NCBI RefSeq assembly: GCF_006345805.1
Contig: NC_043023.1
Span: 10,602,001-10,666,000 of the forward strand
Direction of reading: 5' to 3'
DNA: 64,000 nucleotides
DNA from: Octopus sinensis
Taxonomy: Eukaryota
In this document: piece after piece, positions 52,426-64,000 of the stretch
How the letters are laid out: every line of letters begins with the position of its first letter
Numbering within the stretch: the stretch's first letter is position 1
Program-made: the position numbers and the translations under genes
Notes under the pieces: generated by a model
Databases searched by the model: none
What the model was told of the DNA's origin: nothing
Seen by the model: only the letters and a program-made list of their open reading frames with translations

Positions 52426-53399
52426 AAAGTAATAATTTCATTTTGTTTTTATATTAGACTGATGAAATGAGTTCCAGGCATAAAAAACAAATAAGTTCTG
52501 CGGTCGATCCAGTCTCACTACAGATTCTTCAAGGCGATGCCCCAGCATGATGGCAGTCTAATGACAGAAATAAGTAAAACATAGTAATAATAAGAAGCAG
52601 AATTATAATTGTATATATATATATATACACACAGTTGCAAAGTGCCCCTCCTCCCCGTCCAAGGACGGTGATGAGTTGTCAAACATTTAAACCAAATTTT
52701 CTCAAGGCAACTTCTCCGACCGCTCCATAGGCCTCCCCTTTGAGAAACACTGATTTACCCTAAATTAGGGACACCAGCAAAAGAAGAAATAAAGATAGAC
52801 TTTTTTTCTATTCCAAAGAAAAACGATTTTATTCACAAAAATATGCAACCGAAGAGTTTAAAGTACCAGTAATTATAAGGCTGTTGACTGGGAGAACACA
52901 AACATGGTTTAAACAGTTCTTTTCATTAAAAAAATAATTAAGCATGCCTATATTTCAATAAAACTTTTGGTTTTGTTAAACAAAGTTAAGGCAAAGAAAA
53001 AACTTCTTGAGAAACGAAATAGTCTTTCCTTCCTTCATGCCAAGTTTGAAGAAAATATCTCTTTTGCATCTTACTTTTTTGGTCTCTTAGATATACTGCA
53101 TTTTGTGGCATTATTTCATGCCAGCCGGCACAAACTGCATGTGCATTTTTCTTGCGTACGTGTATCGATCACAACAGATGATGTACTTGCGCATATAAAT
53201 GCACGTTCCCATCGCTTTATCGATCGTATTCTCACCTGGAATCGATTTTTGTAATTTTTTCAAGACTTATACACGTCCTGATACCTTCGGCATCTACATA
53301 TCGAATTAGGCTGCAATCAGATTGAGGATGCCCGAGATCCTAGAGGACACACAGACGGACAGAACAGATTTTATATTATAAATATATATACGTATATAC

Positions 53400-53442
<43 letters not shown>

Positions 53443-53450
<8 letters not shown>

Positions 53451-53722
53451 AAAACTACCTTTTATCAATTCAAAATGAACAATTAAATTACACCATCTAG
53501 AAAATTACATATAATAGAATTATTAAAATTAAAATAACAATAAAATATCCATGATTAAGTAAATTGCAAAAAAATAATAAGAACATATGTAATGGGTAGA
53601 ATAACGACACGTCATTGATATTTTATTGTTATTTTAATTTTAATAATTCTATTATATGTAATTTTCTAGATGGTGTAATTTAATTGTTCATTTTGAATTG
53701 ATAAAAGGTGGGTTTTTTCTAA
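53443..53722. mobile_element. Foldback/MITE-like element (unit G copy)
   Basis: Same inverted arms as 6859-7138. Confidence 0.75.
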
Positions 53723-54669
53723 TTTTTCATATATATATATATATATATTATATTGTGAAATTTGATTTAGTATTTCTAAATTGAATTTTTTTCCTTGTGA
53801 GTTTGGATTTATATTCCCTCAAATAATTTTTATATGTATGTATATATATATATATCATGGTGATCTGTATAAGGGGCATCTATACTGCTTTGCATAAAAG
53901 ACACCCATACATGTACCATGTGAGAAGATCTCAACAGAGTCTCTTAAGTGGTTGGCGTTAAGAAGAGTGTCCAGTTGTAGAAAGCAATCTAAATCAGGCA
54001 GGAACTGGGTGCCGCACTCCTGTTTGCCAGCCCAGGTCAAACCAACCAACCCAGGGAAGCATGGTAAATGGACATTAAATGTAAAAAGCTGTGCCAAAAC
54101 TGACCTTGCCTGTGATCTTGCCACTTAAAATGTACTCAATACACTCTGTAGTATGGTTGGTGTTAGGAAGAGCATCCAGCTGTAAAAGCTGAGCCAAAAC
54201 AGACACACAAGTTTGGGGCAGTCTTCTGACTGACCACTTCCTACCAAACCATCCAACAGATACTGGTATTGAAGGCGGACATTAAATTAAGGGGATCAGG
54301 AAACGAGAATCCTGGCAGTTTGCTGTGTTTGAAAAGACACATCAAGCTAAGTAAAAGCATGGTTGCCCTTGCATACAAGCTTGTCCCTTGCGACCCCCTC
54401 CAGCTGAGCATCCCTGATCCTGCAGGCTCATGGGTGCTGATAACACGTAAAAAGCACCCAGTGGTACTGCGTAATATCACCCAGTACATTCTGTAAAGGG
54501 TTTGTGTTAGAAAGGGCATCCAGCCATAGAAGCTATTTTAAGATAGAGATGGGGCCTGATCAGCCCTTCAGCTGGTTAGCTCCTTTCAAACCATTCAACC
54601 CATGCCAGTGTGTAAAATGGAATTTAAATGATGATGAAGTAATAATTTTAAATTTATATATACACCTTA

Positions 54670-54788
<119 letters not shown>

Positions 54789-55397
54789 CTTCAGCTGGTT
54801 AGCTCCTTTCAAACCATTCAACCCATGCCAGTGTCTAAAATGGAATTTAAATGATGATGAAGTAATAATTTTAAATTTGTATATAGACATTGCAGTATGC
54901 CATTTAAAGCCTGCTCACTGTATTTGGCTATCTGATGTCATCAACAATATGGATTTAAATGACAATGGATTTACTGTAGGAATTCCTTCATGTCCCTAGA
55001 GTTTAAACAATGAAAGGAAAGGAAATAGAATTTACAAGTCTATGATACTCTGTGATCATTTCAACCCATCATGCATCATTGCCTTGCAGGTGTCTTGTCA
55101 GGTGTGCTTTGTCAGATGACTTGTCGAAAGGTACCACATAATTTAATTTCTGTTTTCCTTTTTTGGATTAGAATTCTTTCGGGTAGTTCGAATGTGTCAA
55201 GCATTTTTCAGTCCCATCATCTACACATCCTCTCACAAGGCTTTGTTTGGCCACTCTGGGACTGAACCCAGGACCATGTGGTTGGAAGCCAACATCTTAC
55301 CACACAACCATCCCTGCACTTCTATAGCCATGTCTATATAAAAATGTAGTAAAACTCTCACTGTTTTAATCTCTCTAATTCCGAATTATCTTGTATG

Positions 55398-55531
55398 TTT
55401 TACACTGTTGTTTCTCTTTCGTTTCAGATTATCAGATGACATCTGCTTCACCAGAGTTTTATATAAGCAACGTCATTAGAATGGAAAGTCTTTTGAAGAC
55501 TGAGCAAAGATGTTATACAAAACACGTATAA
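55398..55531 (+). other. Putative 3' splice site and 31-codon short ORF (unit G)
   Basis: AG 55426-55427. ATG 55436 to TAA 55531 encodes MTSASPEFYISNVIRMESLLKTEQRCYTKHV. Confidence 0.55.
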
Positions 55532-56016
55532 CCCTGTTTCTATAAATATTTACTGAATTACTGCAAAATATATCTTCTGAACTGACATATGTTATGAAAT
55601 TTCTCTTCTTTATTGTCTGGAGTACACAGAAAATTATATTTGTATTTGAATTAATCCTTTAGCATTTGTACTGGCCGTATCAGTCCCAAACGTTCAAGCT
55701 ATTTTATGTTAAAACTGCCCACATCTGGCCTCTTATACTCACCTGGCTATGTCATATAAACATAAAGAATCACATCGTTGAAATCTTAAAGCAATAAGAT
55801 AATGAATGATTAATTCAGAAGAATTTGAATAAATAATCATTACATTCGACAGAGTAATCTGCGTGTTAATGAGAAGTAATTAAGAAGGCAGTTTGCAGCA
55901 TCTTCAGATATTAACAAAGATCACTATTGATGGAGATATATCAGTAGAAATATTTGTTCAGAGCAATATACGAGAAGAAAAACCCTTTGTGTACTGTGAC
56001 GAGAGAAAGGAAAATT

Positions 56017-58118
56017 ATGGAAAATGAATTATATCGGAGTGAAGTTAAATGTAAAAGAGAGTCTGAAGAAATTGATTTTTCTGATGAGGAAAAGAATGAA
56101 AAGGGCAAAACAGCATTTGATTGTGATATCTGTGGCAAGTCGTTCTCTCGGAAAGCTAAGTTAGTCATTCACGAACGTACTCATACAGGAGAAAAACCAT
56201 ATCACTGTGAAATCTGTGGTAAATCTTTCTCTCGAAACGAAAACTTAACTAGGCACAAGAATGGTGTTCACACTGGAGAAGCACCATATCACTGTGAAAT
56301 CTGTGACAAATCGTTTTCTCAAAACGATCATTTAACTATGCACAGGCGTGTTCATACAGGAGAAAAACCATATCACTGTGAAATCTGTGGTAAATCTTTC
56401 TCTCGAAATGATACCTTAACCAAGCACAAGCGTGTTCATACAGGAGAAAAACCATATCACTGTGATATCTGTGGTAAAATATTATCTCAGAAAGGTAGCT
56501 TAGTCACTCACCAACGTATTCATACAGGAGAAAAACCATATCACTGTGACGTTTGTAGTAAATCATTTCTTGATATTCATCATTTAACTATTCACAAACG
56601 CATTCATACAGGAGAGAAGCCATATCGCTGTGAAATCTGTGATAAATCATTCTCTCAAAGGTATAACTTAACTAGGCACAAATACATTCATACAGGAGAA
56701 AAACCATATCACTGTGATATCTGTGGTAAATCCTTCTGTGAAATTAGTAAAGTAACTATTCACAAGCGTGTTCATACAGGAGAAAAACCATGTCACTGTG
56801 ATATCTGTGGTAAATCATTCTTTGATAAAAGTTACTTAACTAGACACATACGTATTCACACAGGTGAAAAGCCATATCAGTTTGATATCTGTGGTAAATC
56901 TTTCTCTGAAACTAGTACCTTAACAATGCACAAGCGTACTGTTCACACAGGAGAGAAACCATATCACTGTGATATCTGTGGTATATCATTCTCTCAAAAC
57001 GATCACTTGACTATTCATAAATGCATTCACACAGGAGAAAAACCATATCACTGTGAAATCTGTGGTAAATCTTTCTCTCGAAAAAATTGCTTAACCAGGC
57101 ACAAGCATGTTCATACAGGAGAAGAACCATATCACTGTGAAATCTGTGGTAAATCTTTCTCTCGAAACGAAAGCTTAACTAGGCACAAGAGTGGTGTTCA
57201 CACAGGAGAAGGACCATATCACTGTGAAATCTGTGACAAATCTTTCTCTCGAAACGATCACTTAACTATGCACAGGCGTGTTCATACAGGAGAAAAGCCA
57301 TATCACTGTGAAATCTGTGGTAAATCTTTCTCTCGAAACGATAACTTAACCAAGCACAAACGTGTTCATACAGGAGAAAAACCATATCACTGTGAAATCT
57401 GTGGTAAATCTTTCTCTCGAAACGAATGCTTAACCAAGCCAAGCGTGTTCATACAGGAGAAAAACCATATCACTGTGAAATTTGTGGTAAATCCTTTTCT
57501 CAAAACGAAAACTTAACCATACACAGGCATGTTCATACAGGAGAAAAACCATATCACTGTGAAATCTGTGGTAAATCTTTCTCTCAAAACAAAACCTTAA
57601 CCAAGCACAAGCAGGTTCATACAGGTGAAAAACCATATCACTGTGAAATCTGTGGTAAATCCTTTTCTCAAAATGATCACTTAACTATGCACAAGCGTGT
57701 TCATACAGGAGAAAAACCATATCATTGTGAAATCTGTGGTAAATCTTTCTCTCGAAACGATTGCTTAACCATGCACAAGCGTGTTCATACAGGAGAAAAC
57801 CCATATCACTGTGATATCTGTGGTAAATCTTTCTCTCTAAATGATACCTTAACCAAGCACAGGCGTGTTCATACTGGAGAAAACCCATATCACTGTGATA
57901 TCTGTGATAAATCCTTCTCTCGAAGTGATAGCTTGACTAAGCACATACGCATCCATACAGGTGAGAAGCCATACTACTGTGATATCTGTGGTAAATCCTT
58001 TTCTCAAAGCGATACCTTAAGTAGGCACAAGATTAGTGTTCATACAGGAGAAAAACCATATCACTGTGATATCTCTGGTAAATCATTTTCTCAAAATAGT
58101 CAGCTGCTTAATCACTGA
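56017..58118 (+). CDS. C2H2 zinc-finger gene, unit G (24 finger repeats, 1-bp frameshift near 57439)
   Basis: ORFs 55954-57516 and 57426-58118 join if ACCAAGCCAAG is restored to ACCAAGCACAAG, giving about 700 aa. Fingers 1-11 resemble C and fingers 15-24 resemble A. Confidence 0.8.
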
Positions 58119-58658
58119 TACATTCATACAGGGTAAAAAAACCATATCACTGCGAAATCTGTGGTAAATCATTCTTTCAAAATAAAGGCGTGACTAATCA
58201 CAGAAGCATTCATATAGGAGAGAAGCTGTAGCAATGTCATATCTGTGGTAAAATATTTTAGGAAAATAGAATCTTAACTAATCAGATACATATTCACACA
58301 GGAGAGAAGTCATATCATTGCGGTGTCTGTGGTAAGTCATTCTCTGATGGACCCAGGTTAACTGTTCGCAAATACATTCATTGAAGTGTGAAAACCATAT
58401 CACTGTGAAATCTGTGGTAAATCCTTCTCTCAAAATGGTCGTGTAACTATTCACATACGCATTCATACAAGACAGAAGCCATATCACTGTGATATCTGTG
58501 GTAAATCATTCTCTACATGGAGTGCCTTATTTAAACACAAATACATTCATGCAGGAGAAAAGCCATATCATTGTGAAATCTGTGGTAAATCCTGTTCTCA
58601 AAACGATCACTTAACCAAACACAAGCATGTTCATACAGACAGAGAACACATTTCATGA
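58119..58658 (+). pseudogene. Relic finger tail of unit G
   Basis: As in A, ending TGA 58656-58658. Confidence 0.85.
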
Positions 58659-59296
58659 GGAATAGATTCATTTCCCAAGTTACAGACATTGTTTATGAGT
58701 TTTATTTTTCAAGCGCAACATCCAAATTTTGAAAGTTTCTACTACCATAACAAATGCATCTGTGTCTTACCAAGAAGTTTATAAAACGCAAAAGAATGCT
58801 TTTCAGTAAATAATTCTAGACATGTTTCTTTGCTTGTGAATCAGTGGTCACGTCTACAAATGATGGTGTCCCTGAGTCTTTTCAAAGTAATTCAGAAAAC
58901 AATTATAATAATCATATTTTATGTATTCTAAATGATCTTGACATTGTTTTTGACTTTACATAAAATATTCTTTACATTCTACTGTTGTTTTATTGTCATT
59001 TATTTACAAGTATTATAAATTTTATTGGTAAAATATTTTTCTAGGAATGAATTACAATTTATAACATTGCTAATATGGGAAATTATTGCTTTGCTTTATG
59101 AGTTTTCACTTTAGGAGCAATCTCCAGGAAGAAATTAACTCATATATCAAAGCATTATTGTCTCTGACATTATTTTGGCACAAGGGCAGCAATTTCAGGG
59201 GAAGGAGTAAGTTGAATAACCACATGGATCAGCATGTGTGCTTTTTACATGAACTAGCACAAATGCTTCTTACAGGGAGTGGCATTGCACGATATA

Positions 59297-59694
59297 TCTA
59301 TATATATAAAGCTGAAGTTGTCTGTGTGTGTGGCAGATTTTGCAGCCTTCAACTAACACTATCTCTACCAACACACTGGCACAAGTTGATCAAAATTGAG
59401 AGAATGATAAAAGAAGGCTTGCTCTTCCTTCCGTAGAAGAAAAAATTCAAATCGCACCATGTCAACACCAAAAATTATTTAGATCAGAAAGGTGCTTTTT
59501 TTTCTAGGAAAATCCCTGATTTTTTATGATTCTTTGGCTGCTGTGTAGTCATTTTTTGGTGTATTTCAACCAGAAAAATGTTCACTTAAAGAGAATAACA
59601 GGCTACATAATGGAAAATTTTTACTTTTCAAAAATTCCAATTCTAAAGGGTCGAAAAGAAAACAAATCCGAGCAACGCTGGGCGATTATTCTAG
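59297..59694 (+). mobile_element. Helitron-like element (unit G copy)
   Basis: A|TC start, hairpin plus CTAG end. An internal about 100 bp is shorter than in A. Confidence 0.7.
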
Positions 59695-59754
59695 GTGCTC
59701 CAGCATGGCCGCAGTCAAAATGACTGAAACGAAACAAAAAAAAAATGTGTTTAA

Positions 59755-60555
59755 ATAGTCCAATTGCAAAAAGGACATTTGCTAGTGGCTGCACACACAA
59801 ATAAGAACCAAGTCAATTTTCTACCCACACCTACATGGATGAAAATGGCACCCCCTTTCTGAAGCTTGATTATAACGGGTATATGGGTGGTGCAGTGAAG
59901 GCGCATGGCTCAGTGGTTAGAGCGTCGAGCTTACTATCGTGAGGTTGTGAGCTCGAATCCCGGACTGGGCTGCATGTTGTGTTCTTGAGCAAGGCACTTT
60001 ATTTCACGTTGCTCCAGTTCAATCAGCTGTAGATCAATTGTGGAGATCCGTTGTGTGGGGCGGGACCAAACACAGAGATGTCACCGGGGGAATGGTTGGC
60101 CAAGCGGAAGTGACAGGCAACGGGAGAGTTGTAACTCAGCCGAATATCCCTTAGATGTTCGGTGAACCAGTCGGCCCATCTGTCCTACTTAAAGCATCCC
60201 ACATAGGTTGCATTTTATGCTGTAAATGAGGCCAGATGAAGTGCACGTAAAAGAATGGTTAATACGTAGTTTGTTGGTTGGAGCCGGTGGTTGGACATGG
60301 GTGAGTTGCGACGTCACTGGTGCCAAGCTGTATCGGCCCCTTTGCCTTTCCCTTGGATAACCCTGGTGGCGTGGAGAGGGGAGGCTGCTATGCATGGGCG
60401 ACTGTTGGTCTTCCATAAACAACCTTACCCTGACTTGTGCCTTGGAGGGTAACTTTCTAGGTGCAATCCCATGGTCTGTGTCGTGACCGAAGGGGGTCTC
60501 CGATGGGTGGTGCAGATTGTTAGAATCAGTTGATGAGTTATTCGTTATGGTTGTT
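59755..60555. mobile_element. Second copy of the piggyBac / SINE-B / Penelope nest
   Basis: TSD at 59883-59895 and 60503-60515, SINE-B 59896-60502, PLE fragment 60034-60301 (-). Confidence 0.8.
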
Positions 60556-60895
60556 AGAGATGTAAAGTATAATAGCCATCTCAATATGGCTAACCACAAA
60601 GGGGGGGGGGTGTTACTGTAGCTTTTTACCTTCTGAGATTTAATAATACATTTTTAGAGAGTTACTTCCCTTATATAAACTGAGCGAAAATGCATTAAAA
60701 ATACGGAAAAATTATAGTAAATTTTTTTTTAAATCGTACTCATCATAGACGCGCGCTAATACCCAGAAGGGCTCGATATGAATCACGACTATAAGATACC
60801 CGGCTTTGGTTAAACTGCACCGCAAAATGTGGGAGTAGTTAGGAATCTAAATCGTAGGAGACAGACACACAACTTGACTTTTATATATAAAAATA
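60556..60895 (-). mobile_element. Helitron-like element lacking its 3' end
   Basis: Paralog of 3480-3818. The segment equivalent to about 3366-3479 is deleted. Confidence 0.55.
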
Positions 60896-61261
60896 TGAGG
60901 GCCTTAAAAGTGATGCGACCATCTCCAGTTCTAAGCAGATGTAAGAACTTCTGTTGAGAACTGGTTTTCCTTAAAAAAAAAAAAAAAATTGGCGGGGATG
61001 CCCCTATCAATTAGATAAAAACGAGAGTCTTTATCATTAAAGAAAAGTTTGCAGTGAACAGGGGATGAGCGTCCAATGTGAATTCTGAAGGCTTATGTTA
61101 TGCAGAGTGGGGAATTCTGCCAAGGTAGACTTTGCCTTTCATCCTTTCTGGGTTGATAAATTAAGTATCAGTTGTGTACTGGGGTCAATCTAATCAACTG
61201 ACCCTCTTCGTTGTTCAACCACCATATCATGCTCAGTCTAGCCAGAATTCCAGTTGTCCTC

Positions 61262-61465
61262 TAGTATAATGCTCAGGAATTGAAAAAGACTTTTACGTTT
61301 CGAGCCTACGCTCTTCTACAGAAAGAAACAAGGAGAGACAACAAATGTGTGTAGTAGCTACTGATTTCGGTAGCTACTACACACATTTTTTTTCTGTGTC
61401 CCTTTCTGTAGAAGAGCGTAGGCTCGAAACCTAAAAGACTTTTTCAATTCCTGAGCATTATACTA
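61262..61465. repeat. Second copy of the hammerhead-like hairpin
   Basis: Near-identical to 4180-4384. Confidence 0.9.
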
Positions 61466-61533
61466 ATACATCTGTTTGTTTTCTACACCACCTGTCTTCG
61501 TCTTTTGTTTTTTTCGTGAATTTTCCTCATGTA

Positions 61534-62112
61534 GGCACAGGAGTGGCTGTATGGTAAGTAGCTTGCTTACCAACCACATGGTTTCGGGTTCAGTCCCACT
61601 GCGTGGCACCTTGGGCAAGTGTCTTCTACTATAGCCTCAGGCCAACCAAAGCCTTGTGAGTGGATTTGGTAGACGGAAACTAAAAGAAGCCCGTCGAATA
61701 TATATGTATATATATATATATACATGTATGTGTGTGTGTATATGTTTGTCCCCCTAGCATTGCTTGACAACTGATGCTGGTGTGTTTACGTCCCCGTCAC
61801 TTAGCGGTTCGGCAAAAGGGACCAATAGAATAAGTACTAGGCTTACAAAGAATAAGTCCCGGGGTCGAGTTGTTCGATTAAAGGCGGTGCTCCAGCATGG
61901 CCGCAGTCAAATGACTGAAACAAGTAAACTTAGCAGTTCCGCAAAAGAGACCGATAGAATGAGTACTAGGCTTACAAAGAATAAGTCTCGGGGTCGAGTT
62001 GTTTGATTAAAGGCGGTGCTCCAGCATGGCCGCAGTCAAATGACTGAAACAAGTAAAAGAGTAAACTTAGCAATTCCGCAAAAGAGACCGATAGAATGAG
62101 TACTAGGCTTAC
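61534..62112 (+). mobile_element. SINE family A with reiterated tail
   Basis: Paralog of 4453-5018; the third tail copy extends further here. Confidence 0.8.
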
Positions 62113-62249
62113 TCAATGGCAACATTGAGAGGTAAACAGACATTAATAGATAGTCACTTCATACATTCATTATCAGATATCTTCTTTTGGCTTTGGTTCC
62201 GATGTCAAAAGTTCCAGTTGAGCCAATCAACAGAAAAGCTTTCTCATAA

Positions 62250-62878
62250 GGCGGCAAGCTGGCAGAAATGTTAGCATGTCGGACGAAATGCCGCCACGTT
62301 CTGAGTTCAAATTCCGCCGAGGTCAACTTTGCCTTTTATCCCTTCAGGGTCGATTAAATAAGTACCTATTTCTTTATTACCCACAAGGGGCTAAACACAG
62401 AGGGGACAAACAAGGACAGACATAGGTATTAAGTCGATTACATCGACCCCAGTTCGTAACTGGTACTTAATTTATCAACCCCGAAAGGATGAAAGGCAAA
62501 GTCGACCTCGGCGGAATTTGAACTCACAACGTAACGCAGACGAAAAACCACTAAGCATTTCGCCCGGCGTGCTAACATTTCTGCCAGCTCGCCGATTAAC
62601 TAAGTACCAGTTACGCACTGGGGTCGATATAATCGACTTAATACCTATGTCTGTCCTTGTTTGCCCCCTCTGTGTTTAGCCCCTTGTGGGTAGTAAAGAA
62701 ATAGGTTTTTCGCCTGCCGCTTTGTTCTGAGTTCAAATTCTGCCGAAGTCAACTTTGCCTTTCATCCTTTCAGGGTCGATAAATTAAGTACCAGTTACGC
62801 ACTGGAGTCGATATAATCGACTTGAACCATCTGTCTGTCCTTGTTTGTCTCCTCTGTGTTTAGTCCCTTGTGGGTCAG
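62250..62878. mobile_element. Nested cluster of SINE family C copies in both orientations
   Basis: + 62250-62366, - 62367-62593, + tail 62601-62705, + 62712-62878. Confidence 0.75.
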
Positions 62879-63637
62879 GTTGTGTGCATTTTATTGTGTA
62901 CACACGTGTGCTTGAGTATGTGGTTGTGTGTATGTTTATGTGTGTGCGTGGGGTTGGGTGGGATAGGTTTCTGTGCATTCCTCTGTGTGTGAACGTTTGT
63001 GTACACACATGGGTGTGGGGAAGTATGTGTGTGGTGTGTGGGAGGTATATGTGTTCGTGTATAAAAACAATTTATAAAAATTATAAAAACAATAAAATAT
63101 CCAATAAAAGTTTATTCCAGAAACTACCAGTCAGGAACAAAACGCAACCTTAAAAATATATATGACTCTTTATTTTCTTATTTACAAAAGAAGTACGTTG
63201 GCATATTGGTATCCACTTGGTTCGATATAGCAAGGCTGAATATTAACATTTGTAAGATAAACCTCACAACCAATTCAGCAGCAACAGAGCAGGTCAAATC
63301 CCAAGCGTCTGGGACAGGAGAATAGGCTAATCACACATTTAACATGTCCTTTCGCTTCAATAGTCGTGTCTCAAGTCAACGACGCTATTAAGTAATGTGA
63401 TAGAATTTTCTTCCCCAGTCTCTAGCGCATATGCATGAGGGAACTTCCTTAGGCCTTCCCAGAAGGTTCCAGCCCCACACACGCACACTGAAGAATGATG
63501 TTGCGTGTCCGCACACTGGAAAATGACGTCACTACACATGCATCCATTTTTGTGTCTCCTTGTCTTCACATTGTGACAGTTGTAAACCAGTGTCACCATC
63601 ATACATGTGGTGCGATTTTATTTCCAGTCTCCCATGA

Positions 63638-64000
63638 AAAACATGTCTGACTATAGGGAAACAGTTGGCCAATTCTTTCAAGGCCTCATCATTTTCTTCA
63701 CATTCCAAGAAAGTAGCAGCTGCTGAATGTGGATTTGTTGCTGAGGATAATCGCCCAATTTCTATTTGGGACCACTTACCGGGCCTTCTTGCAAACGCCT
63801 GTCCTGATTCTAAAATCACCCAGGATGCAAAGTGTGCCCAAACAAAAAGCACATACATTTTTCTGAACGCCATTGGACCCTACGGCTTCAATGCTTTATT
63901 AAAAAAAAAAGGCATTCATCAAAATTCTCTCGTTATTAATGAAACTGATGTTTCAACACTAAAACAACGAATCCTGGTTTCCAGATATTACGATGTTGAA
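63638..64000 (+). mobile_element. hAT-like transposase remnant (runs off the window)
   Basis: Stop-free frame not in the ORF track: KKVAAAECGFVAEDNRPISIWDHLPGLLANACPDSKITQDAKCAQTKSTYIFLNAIGP...SLVINETDVSTLKQRILVSRYYD. It resembles the hAT AEHN.PF..DHL..PDS..C.RTK..FSL..DE.TD..KQL..VRY region. Confidence 0.65.

Noticed and set aside
63532-63873. 113-aa minus ORF
   Set aside because: Opposite-strand shadow of the hAT-like frame.

Overview
Eukaryotic, AT-rich genomic DNA, very probably from an octopus or another coleoid cephalopod. This is inferred from the monotonous TGEKPYHC(D/E)ICGKSFS finger consensus, kb-scale (TA)n tracts and the SINE/RTE repertoire. The window is part of a head-to-tail cluster of C2H2 zinc-finger (ZNF) genes, all on +, built by segmental duplication of an about 7-11 kb unit. 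I label seven copies A-G: A (3' part only, 3-848), B (9644-10729, 11 intact fingers), C (20911-22788, 21 finger repeats, fully open), D (31767-32915, 12 intact fingers, then stops and more fingers), E (41129-41404, 2 fingers, in noisy sequence), F (only a relic 3' tail after a 100-N gap at 44014-44113) and G (56017-58118, 24 repeats, one frameshift). A typical unit has a putative non-coding exon 1 (ATG|GTGAGT donor), an about 3 kb TE-laden intron, an acceptor exon with a 31-codon ORF, one ZNF coding exon with a short acidic leader and no KRAB/SCAN/BTB domain, a tail of dead fingers behind a shared TGA, and a non-autonomous Helitron at which inter-unit homology ends. Spacers hold decayed RTE and CR1 LINEs, piggyBac, hAT and Penelope remnants, three tRNA-headed SINE families, a foldback MITE and a 5S rRNA-derived copy. 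The most interesting signals are an inverted ZNF fragment inside intron 1 (candidate dsRNA/ADAR partner for the ZNF exon), the Helitron-defined duplicon boundary, the relic-finger tail bypassed in C and E, CpG-type changes at the base-contacting helix position, a SIM-like acidic leader, and a 200-bp hairpin carrying two hammerhead-like motifs. Most other ORFs in the supplied track are antisense shadows, microsatellite translations or TE debris. The track also uses TTG/GTG starts, which do not apply here. All alignments were done by eye, and gene structure is predicted without RNA data.
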